Notes: a model not told the origin generated them from the letters alone. A DNA stretch of 64,000 nucleotides from Octopus vulgaris (GCA_951406725.2 OX597822.1:9672001-9736000), one strand, 5' to 3'. Shown: positions 13,371 through 25,993, counted from the first letter of the stretch. A program made the numbers and translations.

Positions 13371-13622
13371 TCCGTATATTTTTAATTGACTGTTTCTGAA
13401 AATTCAAACCATTTTGGAATTTATTCCATACAATTATATTGTACAGTTTCCCCTCCACTCAGTAAAATGAAGACAATAATAGAAACGGTTAAGCTGTGCT
13501 GTATAGCGAGAGGAGCCTCCATCAGGTCGTTCGGCCAACAAGAAATAGCAGCCAAGTAACAGCTGAATCAACGCCATTCTTTGAAAATGAGACGAATACA
13601 TTAACGAATGAAGAAATATACT

Positions 13623-14009
13623 GGAAGCACTCCGTCGGTTACGACGATGAGGGTTCCGGTTGATCCGAATCAACGGAACAGCCTGCTCGTGAAATTAACG
13701 TGTAAGTGGCTGAGCACTCCGCAGACACGTGTACCCTTAACGTAGTTCTCGGGGATATTCAGCATGACACAGAGAGTGACAAGGCCGGCCCTTTGAAATA
13801 CAGGTACAACAGAAACAGGAAGTAAGAGTGAGAGAAAGTTGTGGTGAAAGAGTACAGCAGGGATCACCACCATCTCCTGCCGGAGCCTCGTGGAGCTTTA
13901 GGTGTTTTCGCTTAATAAACACTCACAACGCCCGGTCTGGGAATCGAAATCGCGATCCTATGACCGCGAGTCCGCTGCCCTAACCACTGGGCCATTGCGC
14001 CTCCACAAA
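13623..14009 (-). mobile_element. SINE family C with 13-bp TSD
   Basis: Near-identical to 5598-5980; TSD gaagaaatatact at 13610-13622 and 14010-14022. Confidence 0.85.
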
Positions 14010-14396
14010 GAAGAAATATACTATACATACATACATACATACATACATACATACATACATACATACATACATACATACATACATACATTTATGTGCGAGA
14101 GTGTTTGATAACATTAAAATCGCCTCTGATCGTGGACCTGCTTGACCACGTTTTTAACTGGAACTATACAGCAACAACAATAACGACGACGACGGCCTCA
14201 ACAACAACAACAATTTGTTGGTTTTATCTCACATCGTTGTTGTTGAAGAGTAGCGAAGTTGGTTGCAAGTCTCCAGTGTTGCAATCTGTTGTTCAAAGCA
14301 TATCTGACGGCGAGGGAAACCAAGTAAACTTGGGGATGAACGAATAGGTTAAAGTAATTCGTTCAGAAAACATTGGTTCATAGGATTTGCTCGAAT

Positions 14397-14558
14397 GGCG
14401 CAGGAGTGGCTGTGTGGTAAGTAGCTTGCTAACCAACCACATGGTTCCGGGTTCAGTCCCACTGCGTGGCATCTTGGGCAAGTATCTTCTGCTATAGCCC
14501 CGGGCCGACCAATGCCTTGTGAGTGGATTTGGTAGACGGAAACTGAAAGAAGCCTGTC

Positions 14559-14590
<32 letters not shown>

Positions 14591-14823
14591 ATATATATAT
14601 ATGTATGTGTGTGTTTGTGTGTCTGTGTTTGTCCCCCTAGCATTGCCTGACAACCGATGCTGGTGTGTTTACGTCCCCGTCACATAGCGGTTCGGCAAAA
14701 GAGACCGATAGAATAAGTACTGGGCTCACAAAGAATAAGTCCCGGGGTCGATTTGCTCGACTAAATGCGGTGCTCCAGCATGGCCGCAGTCAAATGACTG
14801 AAACAAGTAAAAGAGTAAAAGAG
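14397..14823 (+). mobile_element. SINE family A, full length
   Basis: A-box-like tggctgtgtgg, B-box gggttcagtccc, internal (TA)n, tail aagtaaaagagtaaaagag. Confidence 0.9.
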
Positions 14824-14967
14824 AGAGAGAGAATACCTGTCATTCCACATATAACAGAGAAGGATACCTCTGGTCACAATCCAGCCAACCACTCATGCAC
14901 ACACTTACACACACACACACACACACATATGTATATATGTATGTATATATATATGTGAGTGTGTATG

Positions 14968-15000
<33 letters not shown>

Positions 15001-15040
15001 GTATGTATATTAGAAGAAATAAGGTACTTAGAAATCTACG

Positions 15041-15138
15041 TGGTTTTATATTTACAGATATATATTAATATGTCACGTGTTTTTATAAATGATTTATAAA
15101 AACACGTGACGTAATAAATACCTGTAAATATAAAACCA
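15041..15138. repeat. Fold-back palindrome, arms about 48 bp
   Basis: tggttttatatttacag...gtcacgtgtttttataaat g atttataaaaacacgtgac...ctgtaaatataaaacca. Confidence 0.85.
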
Positions 15139-15194
15139 TTCTGATATATATGTATGTATGTATATGTTTGTGTATATATATATATATATATATA

Positions 15195-15571
15195 CTAGCA
15201 GTATCGCCCGGCGTTGCTCAGGTTTGTAAGGGAAATAACTATAAAGCATTTTTAGAGAGTTATAGCCAAAAAATAGCAAAAAAATGGAAAAAAATGATGT
15301 TGATAAATTTTTTTTGAGGGATAAAAAAGGTGGAGTTGCGTCCCCTAGACGGTCTGTGGTTTGGGTTTCAGATTCTCGACCCCATGTCGAATTTATCGAT
15401 CTTTTTCAGAACTGGGGGAACTTTTCAAAATTTTCGCTGCGTTAGTTTTGAATTATGACATTGGGCTATGTGTGTGTCAAGTTTCATCAGAATCGGTTGA
15501 AAGCCGTGGTCAGAGTGAGGGTACGAGAAAACAGACACACAGAAAACGCACAGACAAACTGCCGTTTATAT

Positions 15572-15574
<3 letters not shown>
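15195..15574 (-). mobile_element. Non-autonomous Helitron with the shared 3' end but a different 5' half
   Basis: ctagcagtatcgcccggcgttgctc end shared with other copies; internal and 5' part differ; terminates ...tatataga. Confidence 0.7.
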
Positions 15575-15632
<58 letters not shown>

Positions 15633-15653
15633 CATATATATACATATATACAC

Positions 15654-15695
<42 letters not shown>

Positions 15696-15913
15696 CTCTT
15701 TACTCTTTACTCTTTTACTTGTTTCAGTCATTTTGACTGCGGCTATGCTGGAGCACCGCCTTTAGTCGAGCAAATCGACCCCGGGACTTATTCTTTGTAA
15801 GCCCAGTACTTATTCTATAGGTCTCTTTTGCCGAACCGCTAGGTAACGGGGACGTAAACACACCAGCATCGGTTGTCAAGCAATGCTAGTGGGACAAACA
15901 CAGACACACAAAC

Positions 15914-15946
<33 letters not shown>

Positions 15947-16117
15947 CATATATACGACAGGCTTCTTTCAGTTTCCGTCTACCAAATCCACTCACAAGGC
16001 ATTGGTCGGCCCGGGGCTATAGCAGAAGACACTTGCCCAAGATGCCACGCAGGGGGACTGAAACCGGAACCATGTGGTTGGTTAGCAAGCTACTTACCAC
16101 ACAGCCACTCCTGCGCC
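15696..16117 (-). mobile_element. SINE family A, full length
   Basis: Near-identical to other copies. Confidence 0.9.
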
Positions 16118-16137
16118 TATATATATATATAATATAT

Positions 16138-16243
<106 letters not shown>

Positions 16244-16249
16244 TATGTG

Positions 16250-16307
<58 letters not shown>

Positions 16308-16310
<3 letters not shown>

Positions 16311-16812
16311 ATTACAGATATAGGGTGAAATATAATTAATTTAATAAAATCAACAAATTTCACCTGGTAGTATTTCGGTATGGAAAAGGACCATATTCGG
16401 TAAAAATTTATATGATTATAATAATAAGGGTTTTTTCCAACAAGTTGCTTAAACCACATACCGAAAATGTTAGAAATAGCAGCCAAAAGACTACTATTTC
16501 CTTTTACTACACAAATAAGTATCCACAGACAACAATATTTGTAACTGACATATGGCAAAAAAAGATGAAATATAATGAAATCACACAGTCTTCGGTTAAC
16601 TATGGACGTACGTTTCTGGATTAGAATCATAAGATTCATTTCCTTTATCAATATAATATTCCTATAAATCTAGAAATGCTAGGAAAACTTACCTCCTATA
16701 TTTCCGACCAAGCGACATCGAAAAATATAAAAGCTAATCAGCATATCCAAATTTTCGGTATGTGGTTAAGCAACTTGTTGCAAAAAACCCTTATTATTAT
16801 AATTATAATTAT
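16308..16812. mobile_element. (TA)n-flanked element with a 54-bp inverted duplication (PLE pLTR-like)
   Basis: 16415-16468 is the reverse complement of 16751-16803. Confidence 0.55.
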
Positions 16813-16819
16813 ATATATA

Positions 16820-17249
16820 TTGTAGTATTTAGGAATGGTCATTTTGCCAGTTTAGCCAATAAAAGCACACGCACTATATATTTGGTGTTACTTTGCTTCA
16901 GCGTTATTTATTTTTTACATTAATTTCAATCTTATTTCGGCCAGAGTTCTTTCGTCACACTCCTGTGACCTCATCAGTGGTCCTTTACTTTCTTCTTTCT
17001 TATTTGTGTATCTCTCCTTACTAACGGTCAGCCATTTTGTATTTTGTATTCCTATTCTATGTGTCTTCATTTGCGCATGCGTATACCTCTATGTGTGTCT
17101 ATGTTTAGTTAATGTGTGTGTGTATGGGGAGGGAAAGTGCCTTGTTTTATATATATATATATATACGTTCGTGTAATTTGTTTTTGTTTATTTTTATTTT
17201 GTTCATGTGTTTACACCTTCTTCTTCTTCTTCTTCTTCTTCTTCTTCTT

Positions 17250-17280
<31 letters not shown>

Positions 17281-17286
17281 TTGTTA

Positions 17287-17368
<82 letters not shown>

Positions 17369-17458
17369 CATTTTTTTTTAATTAAAAAATTATTTTTTTT
17401 TAATTATTCTTTTTATTATTGGCTAAACTGGCACAATGACCATTCCTAAATACAACAA
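16820..17458 (-). mobile_element. PLE-like fragment with 43-bp terminal inverted repeats and a hammerhead
   Basis: Arms 16820-16862 / 17416-17458; hammerhead at 16939-16983; internal (CTT)n(TTA)n. Confidence 0.65.
16939..16983 (-). ncRNA. Minimal type I hammerhead ribozyme with canonical core
   Basis: ggacca CTGATGA g gtcac aggagt gtgac GAAA g aa c TC tggcc. Confidence 0.75.
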
Positions 17459-17539
17459 TATCTGTTTCAACACACGATTTCACATCAAAAATCTTCCAAA
17501 ACAAATATATATATATATTATATATATATATATATATGT

Positions 17540-17730
17540 ATATGTTATGGAGATGTTCTTGCATAGCAATTGACCTGATCTGAGATCGTGTGCTGGGACG
17601 AAAACAATTGCAGCATGGAAGGTGTTTATAAGCCATTTAAGAAACACACAAAAGCCGTTAGATTCACTTCAACATTTGAATTTAATTTATCAAAATATTT
17701 TCGTTGCTTTGAGACCGCGACAAAATTCCG
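17540..17730. mobile_element. Repeat fragment of the same family as 51740-51986
   Basis: Shared gatctgagatcgtgtgctg..acgaaaacaattgcagc.tggaaggtgttt.taagccatttaaga. Confidence 0.65.
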
Positions 17731-17743
17731 GGCTGCATATACA

Positions 17744-17824
<81 letters not shown>

Positions 17825-18686
17825 CGAGAAGCGCTACCCGTTCGGGATAAGCTCTACAGACACGGCTCGAGAAACACGGGGCCGACCTGCCCGAGATGCG
17901 GTCAGAGCGACGAAACCGTTCTGCACGCACTCGTGCAGTGTCCAACAATTTCCGACCTGTGGGCTTGTGTCGAACAACTGCTGTCACGTGTGGGACGAGT
18001 CGGTTTATCAGCTGAGTCTATCGTTAATATTGTCACGCCTCCCTCCTTCAAACGGGAAGGAAGAGCTATTTTCATCATCCTTGTGGCTATGGCGAAAGAA
18101 TGTATCTGGTGGACGCGTCTGAAAGGATTGGAGACAAACACTTTCCTCTCTGGTCAATCTCTCATCAACTTCTTCAAGTACCACTTGAAAAGGAAAGTGA
18201 GAGTAGAGAGGCAAGTTTTGTCTAGCGAACGTTTTAAAAAAAGATGGGTGAATGTAGCAAGAATGGCACGTATGAATGACGAAGCCACCTTGAGCATGAT
18301 CCTATGAACGCAGAAATTGAAAACAGAGAGTTGCTTATTTGCAAAAAAAGAAAAAAGAAATATAACATGTGACTCCATTGACCGAGGTTACCGTGGTCTT
18401 TTCCGTAGGCTTTTCTTTCCACGGGTAAACCTCACCTGTCCTCCCCTTTACACTTCATATTGACATTTCTGTGATAACGATCCCTATTGATCAATTTTTT
18501 TTTTCCTCTCCCCCTTTTTTTTAACCCCCTTTTTTTTGTCCTCTTTCTCTCCTTTTACGATCCCTTTTGATCGAAACTCCCCTTTCCTTTCTTTCTTTTT
18601 TTTTTTTTTTTAAACCTTCTAAAGAAAAGCTCTATCTTGTAATTTGTTCTATCTGTGTGCAGCCCTGTGTGGCTAATAAAGAAACA
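17825..18686 (+). mobile_element. Tx1/L1-clade LINE 3' end inserted in (TATC)n
   Basis: REALPVRDKL..CPRCGQSDETVLHALVQC (zf-RVT CCHC)...ECIWWTR, stop at 18307, T-rich 3' UTR ending aataaagaaac. Confidence 0.8.
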
Positions 18687-18849
18687 TATCTATAAGATAT
18701 GAGAGGTATTGATATCTAGAAGACCTAAGGTGGCAGGGAAGGCTATCTAAGAGCTATGAAGGTTAAACTCTCGGTTCGATGGTAATACGAATGAGGAGTC
18801 TAATGAGGTTCTTCTATGCGCATGTATATGTTAAATAAAATGAGGCTAC

Positions 18850-19525
18850 GAATCCAAGGCTGTGTGGAGTTTTCAGGACATTTATAAATAGAAAGTTAGT
18901 CTTACAGCTATTTCTGGGATATTAGGAATATCCCTCCCCTGCTCCCCCCTCCCCTTCATAATATCTTGACCACCGACTAACACTCCTTTATTCATTTTTG
19001 CATTTTCTTCTCATCTTCCTTTCTTTCTTTCTTCTTTTCTCACCTATTCCTTTTTACCACTCTTCTCATTTTAACACACAGCTTTTCTCTTCTCTCTATC
19101 TACTTAATGCTACCACTACATTCTCAAAATTTCACTCACAGCACAAAACATCTTTGATTAAACAGCACACGGAATCTACGTCTCCACACTTTCCATTTGT
19201 AATGACAAAATATGAACTCCTATCGGAATTTACATACCATGGACAAGAATCATTTCTACCACTTCTACACACCACTTATCTTGGATAATGGAACTGCAAC
19301 TATAACATCCTACATATATTTTTATTTTAACTTCTTTTCTCTTATTTCCCTATATATACTTCTTATTTCCATCTTTTTCCAAAATAACTCATTATATTGA
19401 GTTCTACTATTTCCCTCTATTTAACCATCTCACATCGTCTCTGATGAAGGAATATCCCTATTATCCCAGAAACAGCCATAAAACTAACTTTCTCTTTATA
19501 AATATTCAGAAAATTCCACACTTAT
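18850..19525 (+). mobile_element. Decayed PLE-like inverted pLTR pair with a hammerhead at 19437-19484
   Basis: About 18866-18935 is the reverse complement of about 19448-19521; the two arms together restore gtct CTGATGA a gggatatt cct aatatccc a GAAAC agct GTA agac. Confidence 0.65.
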
Positions 19526-19565
19526 TCAAGGAAGTGTGAGGCAGTTTTTGACCAAAAAATGGCAT

Positions 19566-20144
19566 AAAACTACCCTTTAACAGGTAATTACCTGTTAAAG
19601 GGTAGTTTTCTTTTGTGTTTAAATGTACATTATTTTAAAATATGAATATGTTGTCTATTGACTATTTATACATGCTAGGCCACTGGTGTCGATATTTATA
19701 TCGAATATTCGCCACCCTATTGATGTATCTTATGAATATGTTCTTAGCATTCTCGAAGATTCAGCTCGGCATTGTATTTATTGCTGACTGTAAATGCGCC
19801 TGCGAGCGGAATTTTGAAAAATTATAACATATAATGACGGGACACGTGTTATCTTGTCTCTGAATTATAAGTTTGTTATTGAGGCCGGTTACTGACGAGA
19901 ATTCGCCTGGTGGATAATATTGCTTTGCTAAATTACCTATTAAAGGATAGCAAATAATATTGTTTGCTAAAGAAATTCGAAACCACGGTATAACCGTTAA
20001 ATAACAAGGTAAAAGTTTTAATTTTTCATTTAGTTCGAAAATTGCTATTAAATCGTGGTTTTGGCCGTGTTGGCTGCTATTTCTAGCATGTAAAAATTAC
20101 CTGTTAAAGGGTAGTTTTCTTTTGTGTTTAACTGTACACTATTT

Positions 20145-20146
<2 letters not shown>
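19566..20146 (+). mobile_element. PLE pLTR-like element: 509-bp unit with partial tandem repeat and terminal 44-bp perfect palindrome
   Basis: ttacctgttaaagggtagttttcttttgtgtttaa at 19588 and 20097; palindrome 19566-19609; followed by (TA)n. Confidence 0.7.
19886..19996 (+). ncRNA. Type I hammerhead ribozyme with an 80-nt helix II domain
   Basis: cggtta CTGACGA gaattc...gaaattc GAAAC cacg GTA taaccg; perfect 6-bp helix I and GUA triplet. Confidence 0.8.
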
Positions 20147-20212
<66 letters not shown>

Positions 20213-20615
20213 CTAATAAATATACATAATAAATATATATAATATATATACGCATATGAATGTATATGTATGTGTACGTGTGTATATATATATATAATAT
20301 ATGCAGACACACACACACTCACACACCAAACATTGTATGACTCTATTGGCCAGACTATCTGATATTATTGCCTACCACTTGGCGCAATGCGCTTATTGTT
20401 TTGGCTTCCGTATGATGTCAGCCCCTCCTGGCTAGACGGGTAGGCTAACATTCCTCCTGAAAAGAGGCCCCAGTCTGGCGCAGGGTTTACAGGTGAGTGG
20501 ATTGGAGCAATCTGGAATGAAGTATTTGCTCAAAAGCACAACGCATCACCTGTCTGCGAATCGAAACCACGACCTTGCGATCATGTGTGTGACACTATAA
20601 ACACCAGGCTATACA

Positions 20616-20687
<72 letters not shown>

Positions 20688-20794
20688 CACACACACACAC
20701 ATTTATGTATGTGTGTATGTGTGTATGTATGTATGCATTTATCTATTTATCTATCTATCTATCTTTCTGTGTATGTATGTATTATATATGTATG

Positions 20795-20828
<34 letters not shown>

Positions 20829-21026
20829 TGTATGTATGTATGTATGTATATGTCATTGATCAGTTTTATTTCAAGATTTCTTGCCATTAGAGAAAGAACC
20901 GGTTTCTAACCTAGATCCAAAGCTCTTTCACTGGAATTTCAGCATCAACAACAAGGTATGTATGTATGTATGTATGCGTGTAGATTTGTAGGTTTTGTTT
21001 TATGTATGTATTCTCATGCATACACT

Positions 21027-21085
<59 letters not shown>

Positions 21086-21089
<4 letters not shown>

Positions 21090-21203
21090 AAACAAGTCAA
21101 AAATAGAAAATGCTAAGATAATTTTATAGTGAATCTTTCAGTGCGAACTGAAAGATTCACTATAAAATTATCTTAGCATTTTCTATTTTTTACTTGTTTT
21201 TTC
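21086..21203. repeat. Near-perfect hairpin, 57-bp arms, GCGA loop, within (TA)n
   Basis: Arms 21086-21142 / 21147-21203 with one mismatch. Confidence 0.9.
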
Positions 21204-21237
21204 ATATATATCAACTCGTGTGTTCCTTTCCACCCTT

Positions 21238-21289
<52 letters not shown>

Positions 21290-21295
<6 letters not shown>

Positions 21296-21750
21296 TCATA
21301 TATACTGAAATGATAAACTTCTGGAAAGTTTTACAGAATTTTACAGTTCCAGTGATGGCTTGGATCAGTAGTTTCGAATCAGCTTTCTCCTTTCTGGTTT
21401 TCAGAAGCCTAATCTTTCAAGATTGGTATTTAGACATTGTGTGATATATTCCAATGTCCCAATAATTACAGGTATAAATCTGAGCTTGTAATCTGGATAG
21501 AGTAACTGCAGATTTCTCAATAGTCCAGTGTAGGTATTCTCTTTTTCACAGTATGTATGTATGTATGTATGTATGTATGCATGTATGTATGTATGTATGT
21601 ATGTATGTATGTGCAGATTTGTATGTTTTATGTATGTATTCTCATGCATATAGCTGCATATCTAGATATGCTCATACATGTTTAAATGGTAAACTTCTGG
21701 AAAGTTTTACAGATTTTTACAGTTCCATTGATAGAGTGAATCAGTAGTCT
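21290..21750 (-). mobile_element. Tandem 3' fragments of the (TACA)n-associated RLE LINE
   Basis: ORF 21401-21649 KENTYTGLLRNLQLLYPDYKLRFIPVIIG..CLNTNLERLGF; second fragment 21610-21750; bounded by (TATG)n. Confidence 0.7.
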
Positions 21751-22683
21751 TTATGTATGTATGTATGTATGCACGAAAGCTCGTATGTATCATTTAAAAA
21801 AAAATCATTGGAGTATAAGCATTTCTAAGTTTGGTGCACGGATAGCCGTTCTGAGAGGAAGGGAATTTCGGTTACATCGAACTCAGTTACATCGAACTCA
21901 GAACTAGAATTTTCACTAGATCTTTTTAAAATTTTCTACTCTAATGACAACAGTCGCATTCATTCTTTTCAGGAATTAATAATAAAGAAGTTACAAGCGT
22001 TTAAAATTAGGCGATTTTTAGCCAATCAGAAACCTTCATTGGCGACATATCAGAAGTAGTAACTGTCTGTTGTATGGAAACCGTATTTTGTCGTCGTTTA
22101 CTAACGAGTCGAAAACCGTACGGAACCTTGAACTTTTCCTCGAATGAAGAGAATATAATACAAAAAAAAAAACAAAAAAAAAAACGCAGTTAAAATGTTT
22201 TCCAAGCATTAACAAAATTGTGCGATGCATTCAAATAATTTTTCAAACAAGTCAGATTCTTCGCACCGGTGGCGCCATATGAGCTCTCCAGCAAATCTGG
22301 TGAAAATTTGAAATCTTTCACGCAGTTAACAATATTTTTAAACGATCCTGTATTTTTTCTGTTATTCACTTGACATGTTATTTTCATTGTCTACTTCCTG
22401 TCTCCATTAACTAGAATACTTAAACACTACCAACCTTTTATTTTAGGCGGTACAAATAAGTATTTATTGTTCAATGAAAAGCAGACGATAAAAATTCGAA
22501 TCTCGTTAAAATTTAGTATTTTTTTGTCATATTAACAAGATTTTTACCTTTCATCATCTGTTTTGAACTTCAATGTGTTGTACAGATTTATTATTGGGAA
22601 AGCAAAGGCTTATATCGGCTTCTGCAGTCATTGTCAGCAATGTGCGATCGAAAAACTAAAACATTTGACGCTAGCTCGTAATA

Positions 22684-23082
22684 TCTTTATATATAAAAGT
22701 GAGGTTGTGTGCTGTCTGTCTCCTACAATTTAGATTCCTAACTACTCCCACATTTTGTGGTGCAGTGTAACCAAAAGCGGGTATCTGATAGTCGTGGTTC
22801 ATATCAAGCCCTTCTGGGTATTAGCGCGCGTCTACAATGAGTCTACGATTTAAAAAAAAATTTACCATCATTTTTTTCCAATTTTTAATGCATTTTTTTG
22901 CTATTATATAAGGGAAGTAACTCTCTAAAAATTTATTATTAAATCTCAGAACGTAAAAGGCTACAGTAACACCCCCCTTTGTGGTTAGCCATATTGAGAT
23001 GGCTATTATACTTTACATCTCTAAAAATGCTTATATAGTTATTTCCCTTACAAATCCGAGCAACGCCGGGCGATACTGCTAG
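22684..23082 (+). mobile_element. Non-autonomous Helitron
   Basis: a|TCtttatatataaaag ... ccgagcaacgccgggcgatactgCTAG|t. Confidence 0.85.
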
Positions 23083-23258
23083 TTTTAAATACAAAGAAAT
23101 CTTTTCTTTTTGTCTTCATTTCATTGGTTATCAGGGGTAACCTATGATACACTCAAATGGCAGTAATTAACAAATGAAATAAAGTTCTCTGAAAAATATG
23201 AAGAATTTATATTAAGGTCAGACAATTAAACATCGTTTAAATAATTAAGTAATAACAA

Positions 23259-23479
23259 TACCATATTTTCCGGATTACAATTCAACATAGTGTATAGCGT
23301 GCAAATATGTCGTGCAAGCATTCAAACATCGTTACTATCTTTCCAAATAATGTGGCATTTCACATGGAATTTTTGGTCCCCCCCAAATCGTTTTGGTGTA
23401 TAAGTCGACCTACCCCCACCACTTTTTTTTGTTAATTTTGGTCTGAAAAATTCGACTTGTATACCGGAAAATACTGTTA
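23259..23479. mobile_element. Tc1/mariner- or pogo-type MITE
   Basis: TIRs taccatattttccgg / ccggaaaatactgtta with internal taagtcgac and tcgactt motifs. Confidence 0.6.
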
Positions 23480-23910
23480 TGATAATTTAGCTTCAATTTT
23501 GTATTAAAGATCGTATGTTGGAATTACTGTAGAGTCCATGCATTGGCAAAAGTTACTCAAAATATGGCGCATTGGGATCGAACGGGAAACCATGTGATTG
23601 TGAAGAGAACTGAAACATAAAAATCTCAGTGCTTAGGATAAGAGAAAGCAAACAAGTGGGGTCTTAAGTAGTTGTTTGTAGCTGGGAGTATATATGCATA
23701 TCTAAATGTATGTATGTATACACATACATACATAAATACACTTTCACATACACATATATGTATATATACACGTATATGTATGTGAGTGTGTATATATATA
23801 TATATGTTTATATATATATGTGTATATATATATATATGTTTATATATATATTTATATATGTTTATATTATATATATGTATAAATATATATGTACATATAT
23901 ATATACATAT

Positions 23911-23953
<43 letters not shown>

Positions 23954-24464
23954 CACAAGCACACACATACACTTATATATGTATAAGCATGCCTACGCGC
24001 ATAGGTATATTTACGACATAGTATTAAGGTACATACGTGTGTGTGTGTATGTGTGTGTCTGCGTATACCTAAGTCTGTGCAAATTACACGCATGTGTTCA
24101 TTGTGTATGTGTGTTTAGGCAATCACCTAGAAAGTGTTTTTAAGTTGATTAAATGAAAATGATAATGTGATTAAGATGAGTTGGCTTCGGAAACAATGGT
24201 ACGTGACAAGAATACGGATTCTCTCTGATCACTGGAAACTTTTCAGACAACATTAAGTCTTTAGAAGGAACTAAAAATCTCTTAAATATCTGTCTCTAAC
24301 AGAACAGAGTTTGTTGTCAAGTTGACGGACAAAGTTTGAAGAAGAATGGAATATTAAAATACATTATGTTCTCGAAGAGTTTTCGTCCAGATGTAGAATA
24401 TCGAAAACAGAGACCAAAGACTGAAAATTTTATTTATTTATTTATCTATCTATTTATTTATTTA

Positions 24465-24503
<39 letters not shown>

Positions 24504-24633
24504 GTTATTATTATTATTATTATTTCTCCCCCCCCTCCTCCTCCTCCTCCTCCTCCTCCTTCTCCTTCTTCTTCTTCTTCTTCTTCTTCTTCTTCTTCTT
24601 CTTCTTCTTCTCCTTATTCTTCTTATTATTAAG

Positions 24634-24832
24634 ACGGCGAATGGTAGAATCATTAGCGCACTGGGCAAAATGTTTCGCGGTATTTTACCCGTCATTAAGT
24701 TCTGAGTTCAAATTCCGCTGGGGTCGACTTCGCCTATCATCCTTTCGGGATTGATAAATTAAGTACCAGTGAGACACTGAGGTCAATGTAATCGGCAAGT
24801 CCCTTCCTCACAAATGTCAGGCTTTGTGCTTT
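24634..24832 (+). mobile_element. SINE family B
   Basis: ttctgagttcaaattccgc...catcctttcggga.tgataaattaagtaccag. Confidence 0.75.
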
Positions 24833-25166
24833 TAGGCGGAGGTATTGTTTTCAGTCACGTTTGTTCGTTTGTGTGTCCGTGGACGAGATATCTCAAGAAC
24901 CGCTGAATAGATTCGGATGAAACTTTCAGGGATATTTGGTCACGTCACTGGCACGAACTGATTAGATTTGGGGATCGATCCGGTATCGGACAAGGATTCT
25001 GGATTATTTTTCCTTTTTTTTTTAAACATAATTGTTAGTATTCTCGTTTGTGAGAGTAGTCGAGTTTATTTCAGATATTCTCATTTTAAAGATCAACTCC
25101 GGCTAATCGCTGAGAGGACGTTGGTGTTTCCTTGGCGGAGGTTTACGCTCTCTGAGTGCTCTTGTT
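24833..25166. mobile_element. Helentron-associated non-autonomous element (HINE/DINE-like), partial
   Basis: ggcggaggt at both ends, gtttgt microsatellite, terminal hairpin cgctctctgagtgc followed by ttgtt. Confidence 0.55.
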
Positions 25167-25877
25167 ATTATTGTTATTATTACTATTTTTACTGATAACA
25201 TCGCAAACTGTATACACAACACTAGTTCCCTGTCACACACACACACATACACACACACACACACATGTATCTATGTGGCTGTGTGGTAAGACACTTACTT
25301 CCCAGTCTCATGGATCCGGGTTCAGTCCCACTGCATGGCACCATTGGCAAGTGTCTTCTACTATAGCCTCGCTCTCAATTGACCAACTGTAAGGAAGATA
25401 ATGATAAATTTAAATTCAAATCCAATAGTGTATTTATGTCATAAGGAAAATTACTAGCTGGAACCCGGACATACATATGTACCACTCTGGATCCTAATGT
25501 AAGCGTTATTAATAATATTATGAATGATAATAATGGTAACATTAATAGTATTGACAACGATAATGATGCTAACTTTCATGACACTTTAGAAATTAATATG
25601 AAGTAATATAATGTACTATTGACTATGTATATTTGCATCTAGGTACTAATTTGTGTATGTTTATTATCACGATATTAAGTCGAAAAACTGAGACATTGGA
25701 TGTGGAACACATATATATGTTTACTAATTTATATTATTTATTTATATCATTATGTATGTTTATTTTTATATGTATAGGAGTGTGAGTATATGCACTCATA
25801 TGTATATGTATATATTGTATTATGGGTATGTACCCATACCCATGTGGGTATATATGTAGATTGATTTATATTACATA

Positions 25878-25993
25878 ATCTCCGAAGAGGCCTTATGATA
25901 TTTTTGTAAATGTCTCATTTATATCTATATATTGACCTACCATAAAAGGCTAATATTGGTAAAATATCTACATGGCCGAAACAGCTGTAAGAT
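25878..25993 (+). ncRNA. Type I hammerhead motif (CCGAAGA variant) with a large loop II, within an AT-rich PLE-like fragment of about 25385-26400
   Basis: atct CCGAAGA ggcc...ggcc GAAAC agct GTA agat; palindromic helix III ACAGCTGT. Confidence 0.65.

Noticed and set aside
24140-24427. Possible minus-strand terminal exon after a ttttcag acceptor
   Set aside because: All frames close quickly with no recognizable protein; cannot be supported without transcripts.
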